Notes: generated from the letters alone by a model not told the origin. A DNA stretch of 64,000 nt from Magnetococcales bacterium (GCA_015232405.1 JADFZS010000003.1:13433-77432), one strand, 5' to 3'. Shown: positions 29,246 to 40,783, counted from the first letter of the stretch. Numbers and translations are program-made.

Positions 29246-29552
29246 ACATTACACGACCTCCCTTTAAAGCCCAATATATGATTGTACCAGGAACCTGACC
29301 TCGTCGGTTGGTCTCCTCTTAAAAAAAACACCAAAAGATCTACACCAGTACCCACATCTCCTATAGCATTACGAAGCATAGACCTATCTCTAACCATTTC
29401 ATCAGCACTTGGCTCAATAGTCAAAAAGATAAAAGTCAGAATCTACAGTTGCATGACAAGTTGCAAAAGATCCAAACAGAATAACTTTTACAGGGTTGGT
29501 AACTTTTACCAGTCGGTCAACTGCCTCATGCAATGCTCTCTCACTGATCATG
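29242..29552 (-). pseudogene. Eroded MNT-type nucleotidyltransferase (antitoxin-like), at least 2 frameshifts
   Basis: The minus strand reads MISERALHEAVDRLVKVTNPVKVILFGSFATCHATVDSDF, then loses frame. Other frames give ...VDLLVFF... and then ...EETNRRGQVPGTIIYWALKGGRVMYES. The shifts coincide with T/A homopolymer runs. Confidence 0.5.
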
Positions 29553-29977
29553 TTTAAAACCTTAAAGTTTAACCAATAGCACTCTGATGCTCACTATATT
29601 AACATATTCATACTATGGATGATAATTTTTGTTTCTAATCAATATAGTTCTGAGTAAAGACGATTTAAAATAACAGTAAATTTTTTGAATCACATTAAAA
29701 CGCCTGATTTATCATCTTTTCATTAATTGTAATATGCGCTGATCGCTAGTCACACCTAACTGCTGCATATACAAACGTAACCCTTTAACGTAAAACTTGT
29801 GCTCTACCCACAACAAAAACCAGCTAACCATCCTTCCATAACACTGTGGTCACTACACTTCCGAGTTTATGATATGGTGGAAGTCACTTGCCTTATGAAT
29901 AATTGTTTTTAAAGTCGTAGTAAATATCAAATTATAAAATTGATATGCCATTGATTAAAATATAATATATTTTCAAC

Positions 29978-31975
29978 ATGGATAAGCAAAAATCACAAAA
30001 AAATGGTGGTCGTTCTCAACTCACTGTTGATGAAGCATATAAAAAAGCAATAGAGTATTTTGATGCTGGACGATACACAGAAGCCGACCAGCTTTGTACA
30101 GCTATCTTACGATCCGTACCTGAACATATTAATGCTATAAATTGCCTTGGTCTTATTGCTCAAAAAATTGATCGCCACGATATTGCTGTCGAACAGTTTC
30201 AAAAAGCTATTAATATTAATAGCAATACCGCTTTTTCATTTTATAATTTAGGAACCTCCTTGTTTCAACTTGGGAATGTTGAAATTGCTGTTCAAGCATT
30301 GCAAAAAGCAATTCATATCAAACCGAATTATGCGGAAGCCTACCACACACTTGGCAATTTATTTTTTCAACTAGGAGAACAAGAAAAGGCCATACAACTT
30401 TTACAAAAAGCAATTTCTATCCAACCTGAAAATTTTGGGCTTTATAATAATCTCGGCAATATATTTGAAGAGCTTGGAAGGTTGGACGATGCGGATTTAG
30501 TCTATCAAACAGCACTTACCATGCAACCTTATTCGGCTGAGCTGCATAATAACATAGGCATCATTAAAAACAGACAAGGAAAGCAAGATGAAGCAGTAGT
30601 AAATTTACAAAAGGCAATATCTCTTAAACCTGACTTTGTTAATGCCCACTATAATCTTGGGATTATACTAAAATCACTAGGCAGAATAACTGACGCGATT
30701 GCCAGATACAGGAAAGTAATATCTCTGAATCCCGGTTTTGTTGAAGCACACTGTAATTTGATTCTTTGCATTGATTTAATAGCAGACGGAACAACAAATG
30801 TACCACATATAGAACGTAAAAAATGGGCTGATCAACACTCAAAACCCCTTGAAAAATACTGGCAGACTTTAAACAACCAGCCTATACCTGATCGAGTATT
30901 GCGTGTTGGTTATGTTGGTGCTGATTTCAAACATCATTCAGCAGCACACATCTTTAGCACTGTACTGCTAAACCATAACCCAGATAAATTCCAGATTTTT
31001 TGTTATGTTGGTAATGAAAAATATGACGATTTAACTCAACAGTTAAAAAATATCTCAACTGGCTGGCTATCAACAGTTAACATGGCTGATGATCTTTTAG
31101 CAGCAAAGATAAAGCAAGATGGTATCGATATATTAGTCGACCTTGCCGGACACACCAAAGGAAACCGATTGTTAACTTTTGCCAGAAAACCTGCCCCCAT
31201 ACAGATAACAGCTTGGGGTTATCCTCTAGGTACTGCCATGAGGGCAATGGATTACATATTTGCCGACCCTTTTATCATTCCCCATGCAAAACGAGGTGAT
31301 TATGTCGAGAGTATAATTGATTTACCGTGTGTTTTACATATGCAGCCAATAATACCGTTTCCTGCTGTAACAGACCCACCTGTCATTACCAATGGTTATG
31401 TAACTTTTGGAGCATTTAACAGGTTGGAAAAATATAACGATGAAGTATACACTTTATGGGCGAAAATTTTGCTACGCATACCCGATGCAAAACTATTAAT
31501 AAAAACAATAAAACTGGACTCCCCCATACTTGTATCCCAGATTCAGGCATTTTTTCAAAATCTTGGAGTTAAAAAAGACCGTCTTATATTGATTGGTAAA
31601 ACATCTAGGCAAGAACATTTAGAAGCCCACGCTCAGGTAGATATTATGCTTGACCCATTTCCACATCCTAGTGGTATGGCATCATTGGAGTCATTAAGAA
31701 TGGGAGTACCTGTTTTAAATTGTGAAACAAAAATGCGTTACCCAATAAGCTCATCTATCTTACACATTTTAAATATGGATGATTGGCGTTGTGCATCGGA
31801 AGATGACTATGTTGCAAAAGCTATGATGTTTGCAAACGATATTCAGTATCTAAAAAATCTACGCCACCAATTACGAAACCGTTTTGATGAATCAGTTCTT
31901 GGTAACTCAAAACTATACACTGCAACTATAGAAGATATCTACTTACGGCTATGGAAGAGTTGGTGTGAAAGATAG
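29978..31975 (+). CDS. TPR-repeat protein with a C-terminal GT41 (SPINDLY / O-GlcNAc-transferase-like) glycosyltransferase domain
   Basis: About 7 TPR units (AEAYHTLGNLFFQLGEQEKAIQLLQKAISIQP etc.), followed by VGYVGADFKHHSAAHIF...GIDILVDLAGHTKGNRLLTFARKPAPIQITAWGYPLGT...DPFPHPSGMASLESLRMGVPVL. Confidence 0.75.
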   Translation: MDKQKSQKNGGRSQLTVDEAYKKAIEYFDAGRYTEADQLCTAILRSVPEHINAINCLGLIAQKIDRHDIAVEQFQKAININSNTAFSFYNLGTSLFQLGNVEIAVQALQKAIHIKPNYAEAYHTLGNLFFQLGEQEKAIQLLQKAISIQPENFGLYNNLGNIFEELGRLDDADLVYQTALTMQPYSAELHNNIGIIKNRQGKQDEAVVNLQKAISLKPDFVNAHYNLGIILKSLGRITDAIARYRKVISLNPGFVEAHCNLILCIDLIADGTTNVPHIERKKWADQHSKPLEKYWQTLNNQPIPDRVLRVGYVGADFKHHSAAHIFSTVLLNHNPDKFQIFCYVGNEKYDDLTQQLKNISTGWLSTVNMADDLLAAKIKQDGIDILVDLAGHTKGNRLLTFARKPAPIQITAWGYPLGTAMRAMDYIFADPFIIPHAKRGDYVESIIDLPCVLHMQPIIPFPAVTDPPVITNGYVTFGAFNRLEKYNDEVYTLWAKILLRIPDAKLLIKTIKLDSPILVSQIQAFFQNLGVKKDRLILIGKTSRQEHLEAHAQVDIMLDPFPHPSGMASLESLRMGVPVLNCETKMRYPISSSILHILNMDDWRCASEDDYVAKAMMFANDIQYLKNLRHQLRNRFDESVLGNSKLYTATIEDIYLRLWKSWCER

Positions 31976-32184
31976 TATGTGGCTACAGTTTAATTGACAT
32001 ATTATCATTAATTTTTTTCTCACCTCTCATCACTAAGAATATTTTTCGATACTGCTTCTAAATTAGGATTCTTTACTTTTTTGATAGTTTTAAAAATTCA
32101 ACAGAAGCCTTATAGATTTAGTAACAGTAAATATCTAATTTTAAAATTGAAATGCCTTTGATTTAAATATAGCATATACACAAC

Positions 32185-34784
32185 ATGGATAAGCATAATT
32201 CACAAAAAGGTGATGGTCGTTCCCAACTCACTGTTGACGAAGCATATAAAAAAGCAATTGAGTATTTAGATGCAGGGAGTTTTACTAAAGCAGAACAACT
32301 ATGCACCGCAATATTGCAAACCAATCCTGAGCATATAGATGCAATAAATTGTCTTGGTATTATTGCTCAAAAACTCAACCGCCATGATCTGGCTATCCAA
32401 CAGTTTCAAAAAACTATAAATATCAGTAAAAATATTGCTTTGTTGTATTACAATTTAGCAACTTCGCTTTATCAATTAGAACTGATAAAAGATGCTGAAA
32501 AAGTATTATCTATAGCTTTGCAAATAGAACCAGAAAACAGACAAATCACCGATTTGTTAAATAAAATTTCCAATGTGAAAAAAGCAAAATCTACAAGCCA
32601 AGATACAGATAGCAATGAAAAAAAGATATTACAAAAAGCAATAAATCTCCACATAGCAGGTGATTATAAAAGCGCAATTCAATGTTATCAAAAAGCTTTA
32701 GAACTTAACCCTGAAAACACCATAGCACTATCAAATATTGGTACTGCTTTTCAACACACAGGCCAGATAGATAAGGCAGTTACAAGTTACGAAAAAGCTC
32801 TCAGTATTAAGCCTGACTTTGTCGAAGTTTATTCAAACCTTGGCACTGTTTTACAAGAGCAAGGTAAATTTACACAAGCAGCTGCTAGTTACCAAAAAGC
32901 AATAGCCATTAAACCAGATTTTGCTGATGCATATTCTAACCTTGGCAATACCATGCGGGAAATTGGTAATCTTGAAGAGGCAGAACAATACTGTCAAAAA
33001 GCCCTCTTATTAAAACCAAATTTTGCAGATGCTCATTCTAATCTCGGAAATATTTTTTTTGCTCAAGATAGACTTGAAGAGGCGGTATCTAGTTACAAAA
33101 AAGCTATTTCAATAAAACCGGATTTTGTTGATGCTCACTCTAATCTTGCTAATATTTTAACTAAACAGGGTAAACTTGATGAGGCCATTTTAAGTTACCA
33201 ACATGCTATAGCACTTAACCCAGACTTTGCTGATGCATACTCTAATCTTAGTCACGTCATGTGGAAAATTGGTAATCTGGATGAGGCAGAAAAAAATTGC
33301 CAAAAAGCCATCTCATTAAAACCAAATTTTGCAAACACCCACTCTATTCTTGGCAACATTTTTTTTGAACAAAATAGACTTGAAAAAGCAGTTACCAGCT
33401 ACAAAAAAGCGATTTCCTTAAACCCTGATTTTATTGAGGCTCACTCTAATCTTGCCCATATTTTGGTTAGTCAAGGCAAAGTTGATGAAGCAATAACAAG
33501 CTACAAAAAAGCCACATCCATTAAACCTTATAATGCTGATATTCATAGCTATTATATATTTAAGTCAGATCTGTTCTCGCAAAAATATTCAGAACTTTAT
33601 CAGATAGAAAGAAAAGTTTGGGCAGATCGACATACCAAGCATTTGCAAGCTTTATGGCCCAAACACAACAACAGCCCAGATACTAACAGAAAAATTAAAA
33701 TTGGTTATGTAGGTGCTGAATTTTATTTTAATCCAAATGCCGAAATTTTTGGTCCGGTTTTGTTAAATCATGACAAGAATAAATTTCAAATATATAGCTA
33801 TGCAGGCAACAAAAATGAAGATGAGCTAACGTTACGTTTCCAAGAAGTTTCCGACCATTGGTTGAAAACTGAAAATATGGATGATGTTACTTTAGCAAAA
33901 AAAATTTACCAAGATGGTATTGATATTCTTATTGATTTAAACGGCCACTCACCTGGAGACCGTTTATTGACCTTTGCCAGAAAACCTGCACCAATACAAA
34001 TAACAGCTTGGGGATACCCATTTGGAACCAAAATGTCTGCTATGGATTATCTCTTCGCTGATCCATATTCAATCCCATATGCAGAGCGATACAGCTACAT
34101 TGAAAAAATCATTGATCTTCCCTGTGGGTTTCATATGAGTTCTGAAACTATATTTCCAGAGGTAACAGAACCACCTGTTATTAAAAATGGTTACATTACT
34201 TTTGGTTCGTTTAACCGATTGGAAAATGCAATGAAATTGTTTATGCCATGTGGGCTGAAATTTTACACAAACTTCCAACAGCAAAACTACTTTTCAAAAC
34301 AGCTAACTTAAGCAGTGATAAAACAAAAAATGAGGTATATACCATATTTGAAAAACTCGGCATTTCCCCAGAACGTCTTATATTAATGGGTAGAACCCCA
34401 AAGCCAGAACATCTGGCTGCCCACAGCAAGATTGATATCATGCTGGATACCTTTCCACACTATGGCGGCATAACAACAATGGCAGCGTTACGTATGGGTG
34501 TTCCTGTTTTAACATGTGAAAAGGAGTTCCGCATGAAAAGCAGCTCTTGTGCCATACATTTAATGGGACTAGGCGATTGGTGTACATCTGAAGAGTCAGA
34601 ATATGTAAAGCTTGCTATTAAATACGCTAACGACATACCTCTGCTAAAATCTTTACGTAAACAGTTACGCAATAGATATGACAAATCCGTATTGGGTGAC
34701 TCAAAGCTATATGCCAAGGGGGTTGAAGCTATAATTGTTAAACTATGGGAAGATTGGTGTAGAGATTCACAGTTAAAACATTAA
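32185..34784 (+). pseudogene. Paralogous TPR-GT41 glycosyltransferase with a -1 frameshift in an A4 run (34223-34226)
   Basis: The N-terminal ~85 aa and ~100 bp upstream are near-identical to the 29978 gene. There are more TPR units (~11). The frame breaks after GSFNRLE. The next frame continues KCNEIVYAMWAEILHKLPTAKLL..., collinear with FNRLEKYNDEVYTLWAKILLRIPDAKLL of the paralog. Confidence 0.7.
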
Positions 34785-34862
34785 ATCTATTAAATAATAT
34801 TATAAAGCAGAATTCCGCTGCCAGGTGAATTCTCTAACAGCTATGACACAATTAATTTCTTT

Positions 34863-36854
34863 TTAATCTGACTTAAAAGAGTTGAAATAGAGGGAAACTT
34901 TGTCCTGATAAAGCTCTTTTTCTTTAATTATCTGTTCTAGCTCATCACGTTTGTTTAGCCATGAAACAAACGGATCTTTACTCAACTCTATAGCCTTTTT
35001 GTAGTACAACAGGGCGGTTCCAAGGCTCCCTTCTTGTTCAAGTGCCTCCCCAAATGCTGCATGACATTCAGGATTCCAGATATTACGTAACAGTGCATAC
35101 ATCAACAGTGGTAGAGCAACCTCAAGCTTGCCATCTTTGAGTTTATACTGACCAACTTTTAATGCTGCTCTGACACAAGACCACGGTTTTTGTTCTTTGT
35201 CGTACAAATCTAAAGGCAGACATTTTTCTTGCAGTAGTTTTACATACTCATTAACTGCTGCATGATAGGTGTGTTTAGAGTTGATCAGTTGGTGCAACTC
35301 ATCCATTATATCAGCATGAAAATATTGTAAATCGGTCTGTGTATGTGTCATTAACTGGTGATTCCACAATTGAACATTAGCCCGAGACAGACATTTTCGA
35401 CATGTTAATAAAATACTCCAACTATTAAGAAATATATTCTCGTATTGATTGATGTTATTACACTTTTGACAACGCCAATGACAGATGTATCCGTTATCTT
35501 TTAACAGAGGGTGGATTGTCTCTCCCTTTGCGAAGTGTTCGGTGTGTCCTATATGCAGTAAAGTAGCATTATAAAATTCTATCCTCCTACTAAGCCCGAT
35601 AAACAACTCATCAGACATTTCTGTAAGATTGTACAGTTGACTTGGATCAGCGAATGCGTTGGCGTGGTCGATATGTCCGCTATCAACCCCTCTTTTATAC
35701 ACCTCACTACCAGGAAGAACCTGTAAAATATTAAAGTTGATGGTATATTCAGGATGTTTCACCCAATAGTCAAAACTCTCTGCTGCTGTTTGCAGGGTTT
35801 CTGCTGGGTCACCAAATAACAGATTTCCCTGGATACCAACATCATTTGCATATATGAGATCAAGGGCATTTCCGAGCTTTTCTGATGTAGTGAGTTTTTT
35901 CATGCTTTTAAGAACTGGGTCACTCATGCTCTCTATACCAATGCTTACAAAAGAGCATCCAGATTCTCGCAGCAATTTTATCATTGGCTCATCTAGTACT
36001 TTTTCGTGAAGCTGACATAGCCATTTAATATTATATTTTTTAATGCGCTCACAAAAAGCTATCAAACGTTTTTTCTTGATTGACAAAAGGTCGTCAATTA
36101 CCAGGAGAATGTTGATGTTGTATGTAGAGATAAGATGTTCCACTTCAGCAAAAAAGTCATCTAAATCCCTCTCTCTAAAAACTTTGCCGTTTGGTTGGTA
36201 GCAGAACGTGCAGCTAATGGGACATGAACGACTTGAGGCAATGGGAATAGCTCTTGGATCATTGTATAGGTTGAAGATATAGTTGCTTTGTGGAATCTGA
36301 GATTGTAATAGTCTACTAATTTGAAAACCTTCAAAATCAGGCTAGGGCAGTTTACTGATATCCATATTGACAGGGCGGGTTTTTGTCAATAAAGGAGATT
36401 TTTCAGCCCGGTTAAGAATAATGCCAGGAACATCTTCTAGTGGTAATTTACTGCTTAATGCATCAAGAATTTCAATGATCGCATTCTCTCCCTCACCAAT
36501 CACCCCGATATCAAAATCCATTATCGTTGCAGCCATCTCAGGGTCTGCACTGACAACTCCGCCACCAGCAATATTTATTATGTTGGGTTTAGCCTGTCTT
36601 GCACCTTTAAATATGCTATTGATAATTTTTATGTGCACTTATATCCCACCTGCGGCACAAACATCTGGATCTATCTCCTTTACCGCCTGGGCAACAACAT
36701 GTTCAACACCTCCCTCAATATGGTTTAAATTAAGACAATGAACCTCTTTACCCCCTTGTTTCAAAGCGGAAGATATATATAAAATTCCCAAGGGTATATC
36801 ATATGCGTCAAATATATTATCAACAAAGCGTGGTAATACTAGCAGCGTTCGCAT
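34863..36854 (-). pseudogene. B12-binding-domain radical SAM protein with a C-terminal Zn-ribbon/TPR-like tail, interrupted by two in-frame stops
   Basis: Three minus-strand ORFs share one frame. TAA at 36639-36641 gives (...DVCAAGGI*VHIKII...). TAG at 36342-36344 gives (...DISKLP*PDFEGF...). The untracked stretch 36144-36341 encodes the radical SAM cluster motif IASSRSCPISCTFCYQ. The N-terminus has a B12-domain pattern (PLGILYISSALKQGG...IAGGGVVSADPE...VIGEGE). Confidence 0.7.
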
Positions 36855-37023
36855 AAAAAGAGGCCCTATTCATCGTTAACTATTGAGAGCTTGTTTTTGA
36901 AGCTATTTGTAGCTTGATTGTTGTTATTACATGATAATCAATACAAGCAAATATGATTTTTTAAACATAAAGAGATGAGTTGTTGTTACACAGAACTGTA
37001 TACTGTGTACACAATTAAAGTCT

Positions 37024-37065
37024 GTTGCAAATTTAGTTTTTAACAGTAAAAACTAAATTTGCAAC
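37024..37065. repeat. Perfect 18-19 bp palindromic hairpin in an intergenic region
   Basis: GTTGCAAATTTAGTTTTT (37024-37041) is the exact reverse complement of AAAAACTAAATTTGCAAC (37048-37065). One further A-T pair leaves a 4-nt loop. Confidence 0.7.
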
Positions 37066-37181
37066 CAAACGGGTGATGGTAGAAAATATTGCTGATTTTT
37101 TACAGCAATAAACATGAGTTTGAGGGCTGCATCAGATAAACCAAAGAGTTAAAGTTATGGCCTATTTTACTCTAGAAAAAT

Positions 37182-39404
37182 TTATTTTTTTTCTGCCGCC
37201 TCTAGATACAGTTGATCCAATAGATTAAACAGATTGTCCTTGATGTCGCTGAACATGTTCATTTTTTCTTCTGCTCCTGGTATATCACCATCACTGACCA
37301 TTTTGACAGCCTCCTTGGCGACATCATGTACCCGCATATGTACTTCACCTACTTTCTTGAATATCTCCAACTCACCAAATTTGCCTTTACCGTCATTATC
37401 ATACCATTTGCCAAATTCACATTCATGACCACTTGCCACCTGTTCTGGTTTTAACAGGGTGCGTCCACGGATAACACCTTCTAGTTTACCCAACCAGCCA
37501 AGATGGGCCATTTTGATTTTTTCAACATCAAAAGGTTCAGGAGAGAGGGTAATGATATTGACGGATTCTTGAAGTTTTTTCCCTGGAATTTCCATGGAAT
37601 CAATCAACAAAGAGCTATGGTGGACTGCACCACTTACATAACTTGTATTGGTAAGAATCTTCTGGACCATATTATTAGCGTTAGTTGTGGAATTAGCGGC
37701 CTCCTGGGCAGAGATTGAAACCTCTTGTGAAGCTGAAAAAATATCACGGCCCTGTTGCGATAAGGTCTCTGCGGATTCAGCTGCTTGGGATGCTGATTTT
37801 GCCACCTCCTGGGTTCCCATGGCAGCTTCCAAAGCGGATCTTGCAACATCTTGGGCAGCTATATTCAACTCTTTTGCACTGTTGGTCACCTCGCCGGAAG
37901 CTTCGGCCACGTTTTTGATGGATTGGGCAATATTATTGATGCTGTCAGCCTGTGTATCGACAGCGGACGTTATCTCGGTATTTGAACTATCAATCAATGA
38001 GATGCTATCTGTAATTTCTGTGTTTGCAACAGAGACCCTGTTGGCCTTATTTTGTATCTCTTCAATTTTATCTGAGATTGTTTTAGTTGCGTCGTTTGTT
38101 TGTCTTGCCAAATTTTTCACTTCGTTAGCCACTACTGAAAATCCCAAACCGGCCTCCCCTGCCCCGGCTGCCTCAATGGAGGCATTCAAAGCAAGTATAT
38201 TGGTTTGATTGGCTATGTTTTTGATCATATCCACAACCTGACCAATCTCATTGGCAGACAGTGCCAACTCTTCCATAACCGCACTTGTTGCTTGTGCTTT
38301 TCCGTTGGCCTGTTGCGACTCAAGACTTGCTGCCTGACAACGTTCACGCACCTGGGAAAGTGATGATGTAACCTCCTCAATTGCCTTTGCTACTGAACTT
38401 ACAGACTCATCAACCTGTTCCAAGTTACTATTGACATTTGATAAGTTGGCGGTTATCTCCTCCGCAGCTGAGGCCATGGTTGTGATATTTATACTCGATT
38501 GTTCTGATGCGGATGCAATTGTCGAAATATTGGATGATAGATTATCAGTAGCGGTGGATATTGCTTCTGCTTGAGATGCTGTATTGCTGGTAGATTGCTG
38601 AATATTAGAGACCAACTCTTTTACCACTACATGATCATTGGCTACCTCACGTGACAGTTGCAGGGTGTGCACAGAATCGTTAGACAACCCATTCTTAACC
38701 AATTCCAGATCCTTGATGCAGGCGGACATGGAGCGTGTTTGCAGAAATACCTGTCTAATGATGGATTGAAACTGTCTGGATAAGGCATTGATATTCATAA
38801 AAATATACAACCCAATCAAAACAGCTAAAATGGCTGCACCTATCACAGTTTTCAACATTGCATTCAACGAAGAGCTTGTCTCTTGCGACATCATGAAGAC
38901 TGCTTTATTCATTGTTTTGAGAAGGGGAATATTTTTTTTCAGCAGCTGTTCTTTTAGCCCATTTGAAGCTTTGGTATCGACATTCAAATCATCAAAAGCT
39001 CTTTTTAATGGCAACCAGATATTGGTAACTTTATCCAGCTGTGATGCCACCGCTGCTGACGGAGCTCCAACCGCAACGAACTGGGGATTACTCCTGTTTA
39101 GCTGTGAAGGACCTTTACCACCACTTCTAAGTGCACTCAGAGTAACATCAAACACCCAAACTGATGTTTTGAGTTGTTCTAAATTCTCCTTGCCACCCTG
39201 CTCTACAAATATCAAAAACTCCTTTGTCATCCGTTGGGACAACATGCGCTGGCGACCTGCCAGATTTATGGTAATTCCATCTTTGCTCATATTCTCTATT
39301 TGGGTATAAACAACACCCAATACAAAAAGTATCAGCATGATCAAGGAGCTGTTTGTGATAAAAAGTGTGCCCCTAATTCGCAGTTGTTTCTTTTGTTTCG
39401 CCAT
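37182..39404 (-). CDS. Methyl-accepting chemotaxis protein with a PilJ/NarX-type N-terminal sensor and a C-terminal CZB (chemoreceptor zinc-binding) domain
   Basis: Sensor motif [17 protein letters not shown]. Signalling tip [38 protein letters not shown]. The C-terminus fits Hxx[W]x24-Cx[F]Gx[W]x21-HxxxH: HLGW...CEFGKW...HMRVH (37326-37505). Confidence 0.85.
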   Translation of the reverse strand: MAKQKKQLRIRGTLFITNSSLIMLILFVLGVVYTQIENMSKDGITINLAGRQRMLSQRMTKEFLIFVEQGGKENLEQLKTSVWVFDVTLSALRSGGKGPSQLNRSNPQFVAVGAPSAAVASQLDKVTNIWLPLKRAFDDLNVDTKASNGLKEQLLKKNIPLLKTMNKAVFMMSQETSSSLNAMLKTVIGAAILAVLIGLYIFMNINALSRQFQSIIRQVFLQTRSMSACIKDLELVKNGLSNDSVHTLQLSREVANDHVVVKELVSNIQQSTSNTASQAEAISTATDNLSSNISTIASASEQSSINITTMASAAEEITANLSNVNSNLEQVDESVSSVAKAIEEVTSSLSQVRERCQAASLESQQANGKAQATSAVMEELALSANEIGQVVDMIKNIANQTNILALNASIEAAGAGEAGLGFSVVANEVKNLARQTNDATKTISDKIEEIQNKANRVSVANTEITDSISLIDSSNTEITSAVDTQADSINNIAQSIKNVAEASGEVTNSAKELNIAAQDVARSALEAAMGTQEVAKSASQAAESAETLSQQGRDIFSASQEVSISAQEAANSTTNANNMVQKILTNTSYVSGAVHHSSLLIDSMEIPGKKLQESVNIITLSPEPFDVEKIKMAHLGWLGKLEGVIRGRTLLKPEQVASGHECEFGKWYDNDGKGKFGELEIFKKVGEVHMRVHDVAKEAVKMVSDGDIPGAEEKMNMFSDIKDNLFNLLDQLYLEAAEKK

Positions 39405-40032
39405 GATGTACCCGATATTTTTAGGATTAAAGAAAGTTTTTAAACAGCATAAGAGCTAACATCCTATTATATTATACAATAGTAGAAAACTAACACACAA
39501 TGTTGCCAGTGATTTTTTACTATTTTTACCACAACAAAATAAACCAACAAGTACCAAATTGAATGTTAAATCCTAGAGGCATGACAGATCTAACTATTGA
39601 AAATCATAAAGCGAATTTGAATAAAATTTGTTTATGTGCAAATTAATTAGAACAGTTATGGACTTTATTATTAACCAGTGTTAACATCGGCGCAACATAT
39701 ATAGGGGTAAGTCATCAATATTTAGGGTATTACTAATGAACAACTCCCTTGAGCAAATCCATGTTGCAACCTCATTATGCTAAGCTTTTTAGGTGGGAAA
39801 ATCACCGACTATGACCCAACCGTACAATATGTGTATGGCGAACTGTAATATTGGAGGTATTTACATATAAGGCTGGAATAGTACAAACAAAAACTATATT
39901 AAAATATGACAATATTAGCAATTGAGATTTTACTACAAAGTTAAATCTGTATGTTGTATAATTTGAGGTAAACGGACATGCTTGTTCTAAAAGGGGGGAG
40001 TGAAGCTTAATTGCAAATCAAGGAAGGTATAA

Positions 40033-40425
40033 ATGTCTAAAATAATTAAAACCCTACAAGACGAACATGCAGCTCTCACATCGGTTTTAACCAACATTTC
40101 CAAGTCTGAATTTCACTCTCCTGAGCGGTTGGAACTGTTCAAAACTCTTAGGACTGCATTGGTTGCCCATACAGAGTATGAAGTAAAATACTTCTATGAT
40201 GTTTTAAAGAACAACTCTGATATCGATGAAGAGTTAAGAAATGTATTTGAAGATGATCTAATCCATACATATAAACAGACACTTGATACCTTGGATACAA
40301 TCATTGAGTTAGGTCAAGAGAATGATGGTGATCTTGAATTTATCATCAAAACACTTTCAGACCGTATCCAAATTGAGGAGAAAAACCTGTTTCCAGTCTA
40401 TAAAGCCTGTAAAAGCCAACAGTAA
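40033..40425 (+). CDS. Hemerythrin-like (HHE cation-binding) domain protein
   Basis: LQDEHAAL...LRTALVAHTEYEVKYFYDVL...RIQIEEKNLFPVY. The spacing of His/Glu ligand-like residues resembles hemerythrin HHE domains. GGAAGG precedes the ATG. Confidence 0.6.
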   Translation: MSKIIKTLQDEHAALTSVLTNISKSEFHSPERLELFKTLRTALVAHTEYEVKYFYDVLKNNSDIDEELRNVFEDDLIHTYKQTLDTLDTIIELGQENDGDLEFIIKTLSDRIQIEEKNLFPVYKACKSQQ

Positions 40426-40441
40426 GAGGTTGGTTTTTTTT
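40416..40441 (+). terminator. Weak rho-independent terminator after the hemerythrin-like gene
   Basis: CCAAC (40416-40420) pairs with GTTGG (40429-40433) and is followed by T8. Confidence 0.45.
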
Positions 40442-40783
40442 AACTATGAGTCTATTGTGTAGAATATAAACTCTATTTCTTGGAGTGAAATTTTCGCAAG
40501 GGAATGCTGCCACTTACAAGCTGCCAATTTTTACTTGATTAATCGCTGTTTACAGCTGAATCATATTGTCTGTCATGCCTGTAAATAAAGCTTGATAATT
40601 CAAACGGTTTTATTTGTATAAATAGCAACTGTTTTTCCATCGTAATTATTATGTTACCATAATACAATATAATACCTTGAACTATCTTGTAAGATTCAAT
40701 AAGTTCTCACTCAGCTTACATTTATGTTCTGTGCTGGCTCGATAATTGAGAATTTATCATTCACCTATAATTAATGATCATAT

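Noticed and set aside
34215-34260. Programmed ribosomal frameshift joining the two halves of the second TPR-GT41 gene.
   Set aside because: The shift site is only GGAAAATGC (an A4 run). There is no canonical slippery heptamer and no obvious downstream stimulatory structure. The paralog at 29978 is encoded in one frame, so a 1-nt deletion or a homopolymer sequencing error is more likely.
36342-36344. In-frame TAG in the radical SAM gene as a possible pyrrolysine codon.
   Set aside because: No pyl genes are in the window. The same gene also carries an in-frame TAA, and neighbouring genes carry other lesions. Pseudogenisation explains all of these together.
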